Shown here one piece after another: positions 12,564 to 24,400 of a stretch of DNA of 60,000 bases; the first letter of the stretch is position 1; each line of letters begins with the position of its first letter. A program made the translations under genes and the position numbers. The stretch is from Botryllus schlosseri (lineage: Eukaryota): contig CM119371.1 of the NCBI GenBank assembly GCA_051294905.1, positions 8,992,001-9,052,000 on the forward strand, read 5' to 3'. Under the pieces are notes generated by a model that was not told the DNA's origin, did no database searches, and was given only the letters and a program-made list of their open reading frames with translations.

Positions 12564-13966
12564 GTAACAATCTGTTTATAGTCTGTGAGCAGTGAGCAGT
12601 GTTCGCATAACTTTGCTGACGATACGACGATGGATTTCGATATGCATATACTCTATTCCAGTGCTTTTCAACCTGTGTGACGGTTCGCACTAGTGCTAAT
12701 GAAAAAAATTTCAGTGCGAATGACAAGCGTGGTGCGAATGAAAAATCCGGATGAGTGCGAATGAAAATTGTGCATGTTTCTCACTTTTTCCGACGTGGAA
12801 TAATTATAATAAACTTAACACGATATTAAGTACAATGAGCCAGTAATTTTTGTCGTTTGGAAGCAATTCTATAAATTTGTTGGTAGCTAGGCTTTTCTAG
12901 TTCACGAGTGAGGAACGCTCCCGATGCGTGGAAATTGCAAAATTTGAGATAATATTTCCGCGCGAGAGGATTACGTCACTGCATGGAAAAAAAGGGTGGA
13001 ATCGGTATCAGTTGCTCGGAAACATCCACCGTGTTAGACAGAACTTGTAGGATTCTAGGTAATAGTAGCCGATGCCAGTGTTGACATTTGGCATATTTGA
13101 ATGCAAAATATTGGAATATTGGCACACATTCATGTTTGTTAACAGCATAATGCTCCTTCAACTATAACAATTAGCACATTAGATCTATAACAAGCGTTTC
13201 TTACTCGTGTACCTAACCAAGGATTGGAGGCTGTTAAAAATAAAATTAGTGTGCGCACATTGGTGTCTTACGCCCGATAAATATATATCTTGCATTACAT
13301 CGAATTATTAAGCCAATGGGCAGTTTATCTACTGACCATCGCAATGGCCTGTTTGTAATCCGAAAGCCACCATTTAGGCTTAGACACGCTTTCCTGTTCT
13401 TGGGCTGATGATCTCAGGCCAAGTCTAGATCGCAAAGGCATAGGCATATATATAATATATTGGTGATGCCACTAAGCTTGCTGATCCATATGAAAAGTTT
13501 GCCTAGTTCGTGTTCGCACCGCCTTTGTACTACAAACTTTGTAATATTCCAAACTCTACCGATTTAGCTTGAGCAGATGAGCAGTGAGCATCCTCTGCAG
13601 AGCAAAATCAAATCCACCAAGCCGTATGTGTTACGACATTCATTCTGCAGCCTAATTTAAGCTTAATTAGACTGTTGAAACCTATTACTCTTTTCGTACA
13701 AGTCAGTTTTCCAATATTGTACCATTGACCTAAGAGCCATCCCGCAGTTGGCTACCAGGGCCGATATAACTGTGTGTTAATCATGAATCTTATTTAAGTA
13801 ATAATTATTCAAGAATGTGTAAGTGTTGGCTTTGACAACACAAGGATGCCGAATGCTGTTCTTGAAAGATATGTTGATTTGTGTACTGCATAGATAAGAA
13901 GTGAATGAAGCCTAAGCCTATCCATAAATAACCGTCATCAATTACTCGGATTGTGTGGGTTTGTAT

Positions 13967-14435
13967 CAGAGATGAGCGGATTTGGAATTTCTATGTCCTA
14001 ATCCAATCCGAATCCGAAGCTTCAAATCCTAATCCAAATCCTAATCCATAACTTATGCATATTTAAGTCCATGTCCAATCCTAATCCGATTCCAACTTGA
14101 AATTCAGAAAAAATGCTAATTTCTGTAAGGAAATTATTCTTCCGCAACCAACAATCCTCTTGATTTAAGATAATTTGGCATAGGCATGTACCTCTCATGC
14201 TAATTGGCAACGAGTATACCATAGTGTAGTGCGCCATAAGTACATTATTAAATGATTTGAATAAAGTTTGTCGCCATTCGCCACACGACATATCAATCTC
14301 CCAGAAAATCGGTAAATCCAATCCAATCCTAATCCGTTCAGAAAAAAAATCTTTTATCCTAATCCAATCCAAATCCGAAAAAAATTCCCAAATCCTGTTT
14401 TTTCAAATCCTAATCCTAATCCATGCTCATCTCTG
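13967..14435 (+). mobile_element. hAT-type MITE (TIR CAGAGATGAGC) with AATCC/AATCCT repeats
   Basis: Perfect TSD gtttgtat. Second copy inverted at 34609-35015. Confidence 0.9.
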
Positions 14436-14555
14436 GTTTGTATAGCAATGCATTCCTGATTTTAAAGCTCACCGTACCATCCAATCGGCTAGCATACCGT
14501 AGTACGCGAAGCATCTTTTCGAATGTTGTCAGAAAATGAACCAAAGGTGCTAGTC

Positions 14556-15009
14556 TAGGCTTACCATACGTCCTCTTTTAAGTGGATTTGTCCTCTTTTT
14601 TGACTTTTTTGAAAGTGTCCTAGGAGGACTCCCTTTTGTCCTCTTTTTTGAGATTTTGTCCTCTTTTTGGAAAATTTAGGTCAGATTTAGAGGAAATTGC
14701 GAGTGATATGCCGCAAAATTAGCGCAGAAGTGAAGCTCCGGCGGGTATTTCGGAGGGAAAAGCGGTGATTTCAGCTCTGAGCGAAAAGAAGGGCTTTTTT
14801 TTTTAGTCATCTACCTGGCAATGTGGTGTGAAAAACGTTATTTTGAGCTCTGAGCGGAAGTGATAACCTTTTTTTTTTTTTTTTTGTCAGTGAACCGATC
14901 ACGAAGTGGGAGAAATTTACCGGTTTTTGAGAATTCTTCTCCAGTTTTGCATGTCTGAAATTTCTCAAAAAGTGTCCTCTTTTTACATTTCCAAATTATG
15001 GTAAGCCTA
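14556..15009 (-). mobile_element. hAT-type MITE, second copy of the 358-795 family
   Basis: TIR taggcttaccata...tatggtaagccta. Perfect TSD tgctagtc. Confidence 0.9.
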
Positions 15010-15880
15010 TGCTAGTCGCAACATTGATGCTACGATTCAAGAGCAGTTTCACTATTTTGTGCGAACACACCCACATCGCGATTACGTAACGTGTGGATTT
15101 AGTGGCAAAGTGATATTGTTGCGAGTGAATATTGTTCTTGGGCTCGCCCTTTAAGCTTCTAAGGAAATCACTGCACGATACCCCCGGAAAAATCAACGAA
15201 CTTCTTGAGAACAACGGGAGTGCGATATCTGTGATCTTTGTACTGCAGTGAATTTAGTGCTTGATTAATCAATAATACGATACGCTGAATGCAAAATAAA
15301 GAAGCTCTGTGTCTCAAAGAAGCTCTTCGAATACAAAAGTGATAATTTAATTCATTTTCCTTTCGTGTCCTAAATTCCGGCTGACTGGTGCGAATGAATT
15401 TTTTTTTTTTTAAAGTGTGAATGGACCTCACAAAGGTTGAAAAGCACTGCTCTACTCAATGTCACGACATCGGCTCCCATTATAGACACGTACCAGTAAT
15501 TATATACGAGTGCACTAATCGGAAAAGCGAGTTACAAATCAGCAATGTCGAATCGGTGAGCCTGTCTGCATTAGCATTGGTCTGGAGCGTGGCGTTTACG
15601 CTCAGCGTCGCGACAAGTGCATGGCATTCGTTCTTCAGCAAGATATCGTACTGTACAGCACTAACCCATTGCGTTGGTGCGTGGCGTTTATTTTCAGCGT
15701 TGAAGCAAGTGGCATTCATTCTTCAACAAGATGTCGTACTAGCGCTAACCAATTGCGTTGGTGCGTGGCGAATATGGGCAGATGTCTGCTGTTGCACATG
15801 ATACATGGGTCAATATAAGTCGCATTTACAATGAGAGTGCTTATTTTGATCTGAACAGTTGAAAGTATATTTTCTTAACC

Positions 15881-18564
15881 ATGAGTTTTGGTGGTGGGGA
15901 CCGACGACGGTCTAGATCGCCGCTTATCAAAGAAACCCGTCTTACCGATGATGATGAAGCCGACTCTGAACACGGAGATCAGAAACGGGGTAAGAGTATC
16001 AAATCATATCCCCATAGCATCATATATACGCAACATATATACTTGTACTGAGCATATTCTGCCTATATGTACATTGTACAAGTGTCGTTGATTCAAAATC
16101 CATCAACAGCATTTAAACCAAACTAGATGCATTTTCAATTAGAATTTTTTCAAATGTTAAGTAGGGGTGAAATTGTCATTACGAAGGAACTCCTGCGTTA
16201 AGTTAACATAATATACTCGATGCAATCTAATCGATGCAATCTAATCGCCAGGATCTATCTTGCAAGTTTCGAAGCTACCATTGCCGAGTGGCTGTAAAAT
16301 GAATGAGATTCCATATTCAATTCGTAATACACATGTAAATGCAATTTATCAGAATGTAGCGTAAATGTAAATAGTTCACTGTTACGAGTAGTACCGTCTT
16401 TTCTTAGCTAGCTATTTCTTGTGCGTGTCGTGGGATGCACATATCATTTTATGCAAGCACAAATAACGCCACTATGAATTTTAGTAACTGGTGCATACAA
16501 ATGGTCGTTCGTCATGTGAACGGGGTTCGGTCGTCTGGGGAGTAACGTAGATTAGCGAGACATCAACTATCGTGCCGCAAAGAAATGATATTGAATTGAA
16601 GAATGTACCCGGAAATAATCTATATATTGCTAAATTTGATAAATAACTTCAAGCCCGTTAGAGTTTGACCACTCCCATTTAGCGGTTACAGTTTCGAGTT
16701 ATAAAGCTTCCGACTGCAATCGTGTCACCTTTTGCTGGACACGGGTTATATACATTTAGTCTTGCATATAATGAAAGTGAGAATGAACCTGCGGCATTGA
16801 TCGAGTCGGACCAACCATCAATTACAGAAGTTGCAAGAAGCGGAACTAGCCAGACGGCGCCTGGTAAGATACTCAAAAACGAATCGAAATCGAATAACGT
16901 TGTAAGCGTTGGGAGAAGTAAACCGGCGATCGAGTCCGTTGTAGCTGACGAAGCCAGTCGACCTGTTTCCGAAGGATGGTTCCCGTCCAACATTATCCAC
17001 AGAAGATCGCAGCTTGGGGAAAATGCTCCTATGGCGGCGCCAACACCACCATCACGTGAGTTTGCTTGATAATATTAGCGCAATATAAAACACCTCGTAC
17101 GATTGGGCATCAACGCGGTTCTGGTGTTAGTTGACTCCCTTTACCTCACACGAGCTGCATGCATCATTAATTCATCTGAGCATTCATTGTCACCACGCTG
17201 TACATCAAATAGCTTGATACCTTTAGGTGATTTATCGCATTTCCAACATGCACAGTAAACACATGCGTGAATTATGGTGTATTTCCCAGATTTTCACAAT
17301 GGCGTAGATTGCATCAATTTCCGTCATGATATTTGTTGCTTTCTCTCATTACGATAGTGGAAAATGAATTAACAATACGGCAATTTTCGGGGAAATCCGC
17401 ACCCCAGGGGTGGAGCTGAAATGTGTATCTATGGAAGCACAGCTTCGTACCAGAAAGTCCCAATTCATGATTTTCACCGTATGGTCGGAATCGCCGAAAT
17501 ACATGAGTTTCAGTTACAGCTATGGTTGCATTCGAAGCAAAAATTACCTTAAAACAAACTTGGAAAAAGCTATTGTTTGAAACATGCTTTCATTTGTTTT
17601 TCGTTTCGTTCTTTGTTTTGGCCATAACGTCTCGAATCCCTAATTGTTAGTGCTAATTGACACTACGAATTGAATGTAGGCTGTCGCCGTCGACGAAAAA
17701 AGGCTTCCGACCCCTGTCATTAACGAGACAGAAAATATCTCCAACCTGACCTACATCGTTATGCAGTATTTTTACGGTCGGTGATCGTTACCATCTAAAC
17801 ATCAATTCCGTACAAAATGATCTATATCTACGTGCTACTACTGTCGAACCGACTGCGATTTCGAGGGTTCCAGCCACTCCACAACGGATACGTCAACTAT
17901 ATCGGGTGCAAATGGTCCTTAGGCTCATACTGCATGTATTTTCGAAAGTATTTATAAAGTTGTAGCATAATTTTACAAGAGGTTTCAATTTTTAGGGCCT
18001 ATTTCAGAACATTGTTTTAAACAAAGTGTTTTAAAACGTCTGTTTTATATTCAACCCTAGTTGCAGCGCCGTGTGAAAGCATCTTGAATTTTGCCCATCG
18101 GTGCCATGCCTCCCTTAGAAAGAGATAATTAGGAAGAGCTAAGTTGATAACGCTCGGTTCGTTACCTGCCCATTTATGCAAGACTTAATTCCGATTCGAA
18201 CACATCGACAGGTCAGCAAACAATGAGAATCCACCGTCTACTAGCACAGCGAACAGCGTGGCTTCTGAAGCTGAGGATCTACACCGCAGTGATAGCGGTT
18301 ATGTTCGTTATCGCCGTCATGGCTCTGATTATCGTCGGTGTGACTTGGCTGCCGAATGCCGATGGGAAAACGGTTTACGTTTACTCTGTGGCTGCCGTCG
18401 TAATCGTTGTGCTTTGTATTCTGGCTGGTCTGGGACTGTGGTTCGTGAGATGGCTGATGCGATTGTTAGATCCATTGAATGACGAAGAGGAAGAGGACAT
18501 GACGGTCTCCCAGGATGATGGCGAAGCCGACCTAGCGAGTAGATTACGAGATGCTCGATTATAG
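15881..18564 (+). CDS. Copy A, uncharacterised two-TM membrane protein; coding exons 15881-15989, 16768-17055 (acceptor mutated AG>AT), 18212-18564. 249 aa if all exons are used, 153 aa if the middle exon is skipped
   Basis: ATG in ttaaccATG, translating MSFGGGDRRRSRSPLIKETRLTDDDEADSEHGDQKR then G|gtaaga. Middle exon open and 288 nt like copy B. Terminal exon cag|GTCAGCAAACAATGAGAATC with two hydrophobic helices. AATAAA at ~18724. Confidence 0.7.
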
Positions 18565-19087
18565 CTTTCGCACCCCTATTGTATGATTGAACACATCACG
18601 ATTGACATGACATTGGTCCCCTGTTGAGTTCGAAACATCTTAGTTTAACGTTGCAGTATGGAATAAAATACATCGAAAGGTTTGTGTATGCAAAAAGTTA
18701 CGCCGCGAGATCTTGTGTATAAAAATAAACATGTGTGAGTTAATACATTATCTTGTACAATGTCGGTAAGGAAGCCCAGGGTATACCGTCGCATACCATT
18801 TGCACTTAGTTGTTGATTTGATTGATTTACCCATCCGCATTGCGTCACAGACAGATACCTAAAAAAAGTGTCGGACTTAAACACGACCGTGACCCACGTC
18901 TGCACGGAGTTTGGAATCCCAGAGTCGAGCAAGAGCAATTTGAACTGCAACTCGATAATTACCGTTTTAAGATACGACTCGTCTGTGGTTCATATTCTGT
19001 AAACCGTCCAAAGCGTACTTCGGCCTAGACTAAATCCGTCTGTTTGGAAAGTCTCTAACAAAGTACACGGTGTGGCGAGATAGCGTG

Positions 19088-19896
19088 TAAGTTCGAGTTT
19101 ATTCATAAAGTTTCATCACTTCAGACCCTCATAAGACTGGAATACAATGAATGATAGGAAGATGCCGAAACCACTAGGAGTAGTCTTAAGATCAGACATC
19201 CACCTGGGCCTAGGCGGTGTAAAGAGAAGGCATGCACTGCACACTGATAGAAAGTAAAGGAAGCTAATATAAAGTGGCAAGTGACGGAAGGCGAGATCGA
19301 AATGTCAGGTCGTGGCCCGGTAAATGGTGAGGGCTGACTAGTATTCACCCAGCAGAAATTGCTTGTATTTCGACTTGAATGTGGACATGCTCGACGACTG
19401 TTGGATAACCGACGAGATACTGTTCCACACTTCAGGCCCGGTAGATTTGATAGAGAGATGATCTTTTTTGTCAACCATATGATAGTTGGGCGACGTGGAC
19501 GCGCAAGTGTCGTACTTATGCACTTTTGATACCGAGGTAAAGAAGTCATTGAAGTTTTCGGGGCAATGGCCGCAGTGGAACTGATACATAAACTTTGCAA
19601 TTTCTAGTTTCCGCATATCTTTTATGTTTAGGACACCGAATTTTTTGAGCAGTGATTTGTTGGTTACACATCCTGGTCCCATTGGGGCCCTGGCTATAAT
19701 ACGCAGGACCTGATGTTGTAGTTTTTGTAGGGGCTTCAGTACCGTTTTACTGGCAGCCCCTTAACAGATGATGCCATATTGTAACTTCGCTAGGAAAAAT
19801 GATTCAAAGAGTATCAGAAGGACCCAGACTGGCATGTAGTCTCTAAGGCTGTAGAACAGACCACATTTTCGTGATAATTGTTTTTCATGGGACTGA
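19088..19896 (-). mobile_element. 5'-truncated L2/CR1-clade (Crack/Daphne-like) LINE: ORF2 C-terminal remnant and 3' UTR
   Basis: Minus-strand peptides ...FLAKLQYGIIC*GAASKTVLKPLQKLQHQVLRII and VLNIKDMRKLEIAKFMYQF...GPEVWNSISSVIQQSSSMSTFKSKYKQFLL match the typical post-RT tail of these LINEs. In-frame stop present. AATAAA near the 3' end. The insertion splits a SINE head. Confidence 0.85.
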
Positions 19897-20048
19897 TATA
19901 GTCCACAGCTACAGTATAGTAATGGTATAGTCCACAGCTACAGCACCAATGGGTTGTGGGTTTGGACTTGGTTACCCGAAATATATCGCGCCGAATCGGG
20001 GCTATTGATCTCTCGCCTAATTAACGATCTGATAATTTTATATAGGAC

Positions 20049-23000
20049 CAGGGGTGGGCAAACTACGACTCGCGAGCCGTATGCGGTTCTTTAATGATCG
20101 CACACATGCGTTTCGCCATTCTGCTAGAGATGTTTAACCTGATTATATATTGATGCATTTTGTCGCGTATTAACAGGTAGGCAGAAGTTTTCGTGTTTTT
20201 TTTTCTTATGGTTTGCGCAAGACTTGTGAAATGTAGTGAAAGTTGGCCCTAACAGAGTGAGAAATTTGCAATTGAACTCTTGAATCGAGTTCTCATGAAC
20301 GGTCAATTCCATCATGGATGCCTGGTCATCAATCAATGATAAATCGTGGTGTTCAAAAATAAACTTGATAATTAACTACGCCAGCGCAATGGTCAATACG
20401 GGTTCTCTACTTGTATCGTAAAGGCAGTGGCGGCTCGTCCTATAGGGCAACTGGGGCATTGCCCCACCTAAAATTCTGTTCAATAACAATTTAACCATTT
20501 ATAGACGCACAGCAATCAGTATATACCGAGATCACGGCGAAACCCGCATTATTCTTGTGCTTTCGCTAACAAATGCCCATACATAGCGAAGTCTCTGCGA
20601 AAATCGAATTCTCTTCTGTGTTTTCGCTTTGTGAATGCCTAGCCGGGGCTTGCCCCGGTAGCGCTCATAACAAGCTTTCACTATCTATTCTCTCAAAGCC
20701 GCGCACAATAAAGAAACGGTGATTTACTCTCTCCTATTCGTAAAATGGCCGAGCAAGTGGGGCAACTATGCCTGTCGCCCTTAAGGTGTGATGTAACAAT
20801 CGTATCTATATTTGAACTCGGTTACCGTGATATGCGTTGACTCGACCTTTGCTGGTATATGTCGATTTTGACGGTGTTTCGCACCATGATAATTCTTGAA
20901 ACTTGGTACGATATGTCGTGAAGATAGTATTTAGCACTGCTCCAAGTTTCAGGCTTGCTACTCAAAGATAAGGGTGGTAATTTCGTTTCCGAAGTTCAGT
21001 GTGTGCTGATCTATCATGTACATTGTACAGCAAACAGATTTTACTCAAAAGCCGGTATCGGTCTCCATTGATTTTGACGATGTTCCATACCGAGATCGGT
21101 CATGATATTTGGCACAGTAAGTCTTAATGTTAGTATCGACCGCTGTAATAAGTTTTAAGTTTGTCACTGAACTATGTGGGTGGTAATTTCGTTTCCAAAG
21201 TCGAGTGAGAGCTGACTCTTCATTTATCGCTAACAGATTTACGCAAAAGCCGTTATTGGTCTCTATTGATTTTAACGATGTTCCATACCTAGATCTGTCA
21301 TGAGCTTTTGCACGGTATGTCTTGATTTTAGTATCGAACGCGGTGCCAAGTCTTAAAGTTGACGCTCAATGATTGAGGCAGTTATTTCGTTTTCGAGGTC
21401 GAGTATGGTAGAGATGCGCGCTGATCTGATACTTAGCCTACCTACATCATTGCGGATCTCACGGAAAAGCCGGTGTCTGTCTGTGCTAATCTAGTCTGCG
21501 TTCCATAACGAGATCGGTGATGATATTTCCAATGGTATATCTCGATGATCGCATGAAACAGCTAACTAAGATTCTCGGTTTGCATTCAAATATTCACATA
21601 ATTTTATGTTCGCCAATGTGCATTTCACTGTGAAATTGTGGCCTTCAAACCTTACAATCCCCTGTCAAATGCGATAGCTATTTCATTTTCGATGTCGGCT
21701 AACAGCTGATCCTTCGATCAGCCTATTCCTCGATCTATTTTACTCAAAGTTCGGTGTTCGTCTGTTTGTATTGATTTTGACAGTGTACCATGCCGGAATG
21801 GGTTATGAGATTGCGAATGCTACTTCTCGATGATTTCACGTAACAGTATGCTAAGTTTACGGCTTTCATTCATGTATTTATTGATTAATATATTTGCCAA
21901 CGGCGATTTGGCAGCAGACAGTAAGCCGTATGTGTTGCGTCACAATCTCCAGTTTCAAGGCCAAAATGTACTATGTTGTTCCGAGACCGAAGTTCCGAGG
22001 CTGCTGTCCTTAGTTCTTCAAAGACCATTCAAATTGATGTTCTGGATTCAATATGACAGGCCCAATCTATGAGATAACAATTGCGTATGTGTCCGAAGTC
22101 GTTGACCTTTGCAGTTAGGCTTACGCAATCTCTCGAGTTCTAGTCATTGGAATTAGTCTGGTCAAGTCAAGTGCGAACATGAATCGTATTGAATCTTTGC
22201 TCCGTACGTAGGCTAGTTTACGCAGTTGCCTTTAGAGCGAAAATTAAAGGTCTAGAAGACTACTCCTTGTCGCTTCGACATCTTCCTGTCTTTTCATTGT
22301 ATCGCATTTTTGTGGTGTATTGAACTGATAAAATTGCTAATAAACCAATGATGATGATGATAGAAATTGTCCAGTCCATTGATCCAATCGTACGCCGGGT
22401 ACCTCCGCTTTGGTTGCCTATCACCTGGTCGTAACTCGTAACCACCAGCTCAGTGGTCGTAACACACCAGGATCGTGTACGAAACACTTTCGGACGGCCT
22501 ATCGATTTGCGTAATCTCTAACTCTACCATGAAATCATAACGCATGCTACTAAGGATGACCTGATAATTGATTCGTGGCATAGGGACGATTCTTAGTTCA
22601 CGTACATTATGTAAAATAATCCTTTGATTAAAAAAAAAATGAATAAAACATTTGTTACCACACTTCAAGTCACGGCTCACCGGCAAACCTCTCGCGGCAC
22701 CTACGTTAAAATCACTGTTGTCGGGAAATTCATGTGACCATCATATTGAAGTTACTTTTTTACGTTGGAAAACGCCATTGTGACGTCATGTTGATAAAAG
22801 TCGCTCGCAGCCCTTGCCCCACCACCCGATATTGTCACGAGCCGCCACTGCCTAAAGGCCTGCAATAACTGCAGAGTTTGTCCAAGATGACCGATCTGCA
22901 ATCTTCCTTAAATTCTTATCAGCACTTGAAAAAACTGCTTCGCACCGTTTTAATGTCATAACAGCATGATTTCAAACAACCCAGGTGGAGACGCATCGTA

Positions 23001-23156
23001 TCACCACACGACACAACGATAAACTTGATCTGCCGGCCTATATACATTTCATTGTGACGTCATGAATTCGTATTTTTGAATTTTTGTGTTGTGGCTCTTT
23101 TCAAGCTAAGAGTTTTGGAATGCGGCTCTCGCATGAAGCAGGTCTGTCTATACCTG
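20049..23156. mobile_element. Older hAT-Charlie-like MITE (caggggtgggcaaact...) split by the 20425-22850 element
   Basis: Charlie-type left end, gcggctc subterminal motifs and degenerate right end. Absent at the orthologous site in unit A (~6555). TSD degenerate. Confidence 0.7.
20425..22850 (+). mobile_element. hAT deletion derivative (TIR CAGTGGCGGCTCGT), transposase region deleted
   Basis: TSD cgtaaagg/cctaaagg. Collinear with 23686-29458 but joins ...caatcgtacgccgg directly to gtacctccgctttgg, removing ~700 bp of transposase. Confidence 0.9.
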
Positions 23157-24400
23157 GTATATACTAATCAAAATCAAAAACAGTCTGGGTTTGAGCCTAA
23201 TGTCTTCACACCTATTCCACCTCTGCGATAGGCGATGCGGTGAATTTATATTGGATTTTGTTGTGCGACCAGTAAATCAACTTGATGTACGTTATATACC
23301 ATTACTAAGATTGAATTTAGTTGAATGAAATAGGGGGAATACTGCACCTAGTGCTTAGTCTTAACTTTTATATAGGCTACATGTTCTCCTCCAAACAAAG
23401 AAATCCATAAATAACAGGCATGTGAGGTTGAGGATTACAACACTGAACAGTGTCATTATTTATGGCAAGAATAAGAAATGCACTGACAGTTTGATTTTGT
23501 GACTCTCAAATACAAGGATATTCTATTTTTTAGAAAGCTTCAAAACATGTCGCTCGTATCGCGACGAAACATTTGAAGATTTGATGAATTTTGTCAAAAT
23601 TTGCGACGAAAACTCAGGGATATACAGAACTATATAGTTCTCTTATGTAGCTATATATCCTCGTGTCAAATACTACACCATCTATCAGTGGCGGCTCGTC
23701 CTATAGGGCAACTGGGGCATTGCCCCACCTAAATTCTGTTCAATAACAATTTAACCATTTATAGACGCACAGCGCTCAATATATATCGAGATCACAGCGA
23801 AACCCGCGTTCTTCTTGTGCTTTCGCTTGCAAATGCCCATACATAGCGAAGTATCCGCGAAAATCGAATTCTCTTCTGTGTTTTCGCTTTGTGAATGCCT
23901 AGCCGGGGCTTGCCCCGGTAGCGCTCATAACAAGCTTTCACTATCTATTAGGGATGGTGCGAACCTCTGAAAGGTTCAGGTTCGTGTGAACGCGAACCTT
24001 TTTGAAAGGTTCTGTGTGAACGCGAACGTGAACCACGTGACGTCACGTGACGTCATATTGCTAATTCCAACCCTATCTTTCAATGAAGTGATAGCCTATA
24101 TTAATGTACACGATACCTAGCGACGACTGGGGTTACATATTGCCATAATGCTGAAGTACATTTTGGCGATTTAAACGTCGCTATATGTACCAACTGGGGC
24201 AATCAGATGATATAATACTCCCATAAAATCAATATCATGCGTGGCTTTGCCAATAATTTTGAAGAGGTGTTGCCAGGGAATATAAGCTTACGCCTTAACG
24301 GTCTTGACCAGACCAGGCAATGTATTCGTGTATGAGTATTGCTACATTGGTATTGGGCAGAGTGTAATACAGGTTGTTATACTTGCTAACGATATTAGGC

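Larger units (their letters stand above)
12659..15449. mobile_element. hAT-Charlie-like non-autonomous element (TIR CAGTGCTTTTCAACC) carrying two nested MITEs
   Basis: TSD ctctattc/ctctactc. GTGCGAATGA subterminal repeats. Absent from unit B. Confidence 0.88.
6476..19960 (+). repeat. Tandem segmental duplication unit A (paralogous to unit B, ~19958-35455)
   Basis: Collinear shared blocks once TEs are removed: 6476/19958, 6570/23170, 7470/23615, 10900/29530, 12580/29800, 15470/29870, gene body, 18600/33120, 19070/35391. Confidence 0.85.

Noticed and set aside
16679..16993. Antisense ORFs over family exons (16679-16993, 32592-33026, 32719-33129, 46390-46647, 56541-56840)
   Set aside because: Shadow ORFs of GC-richer real exons on the opposite strand, without conserved starts or splice signals.
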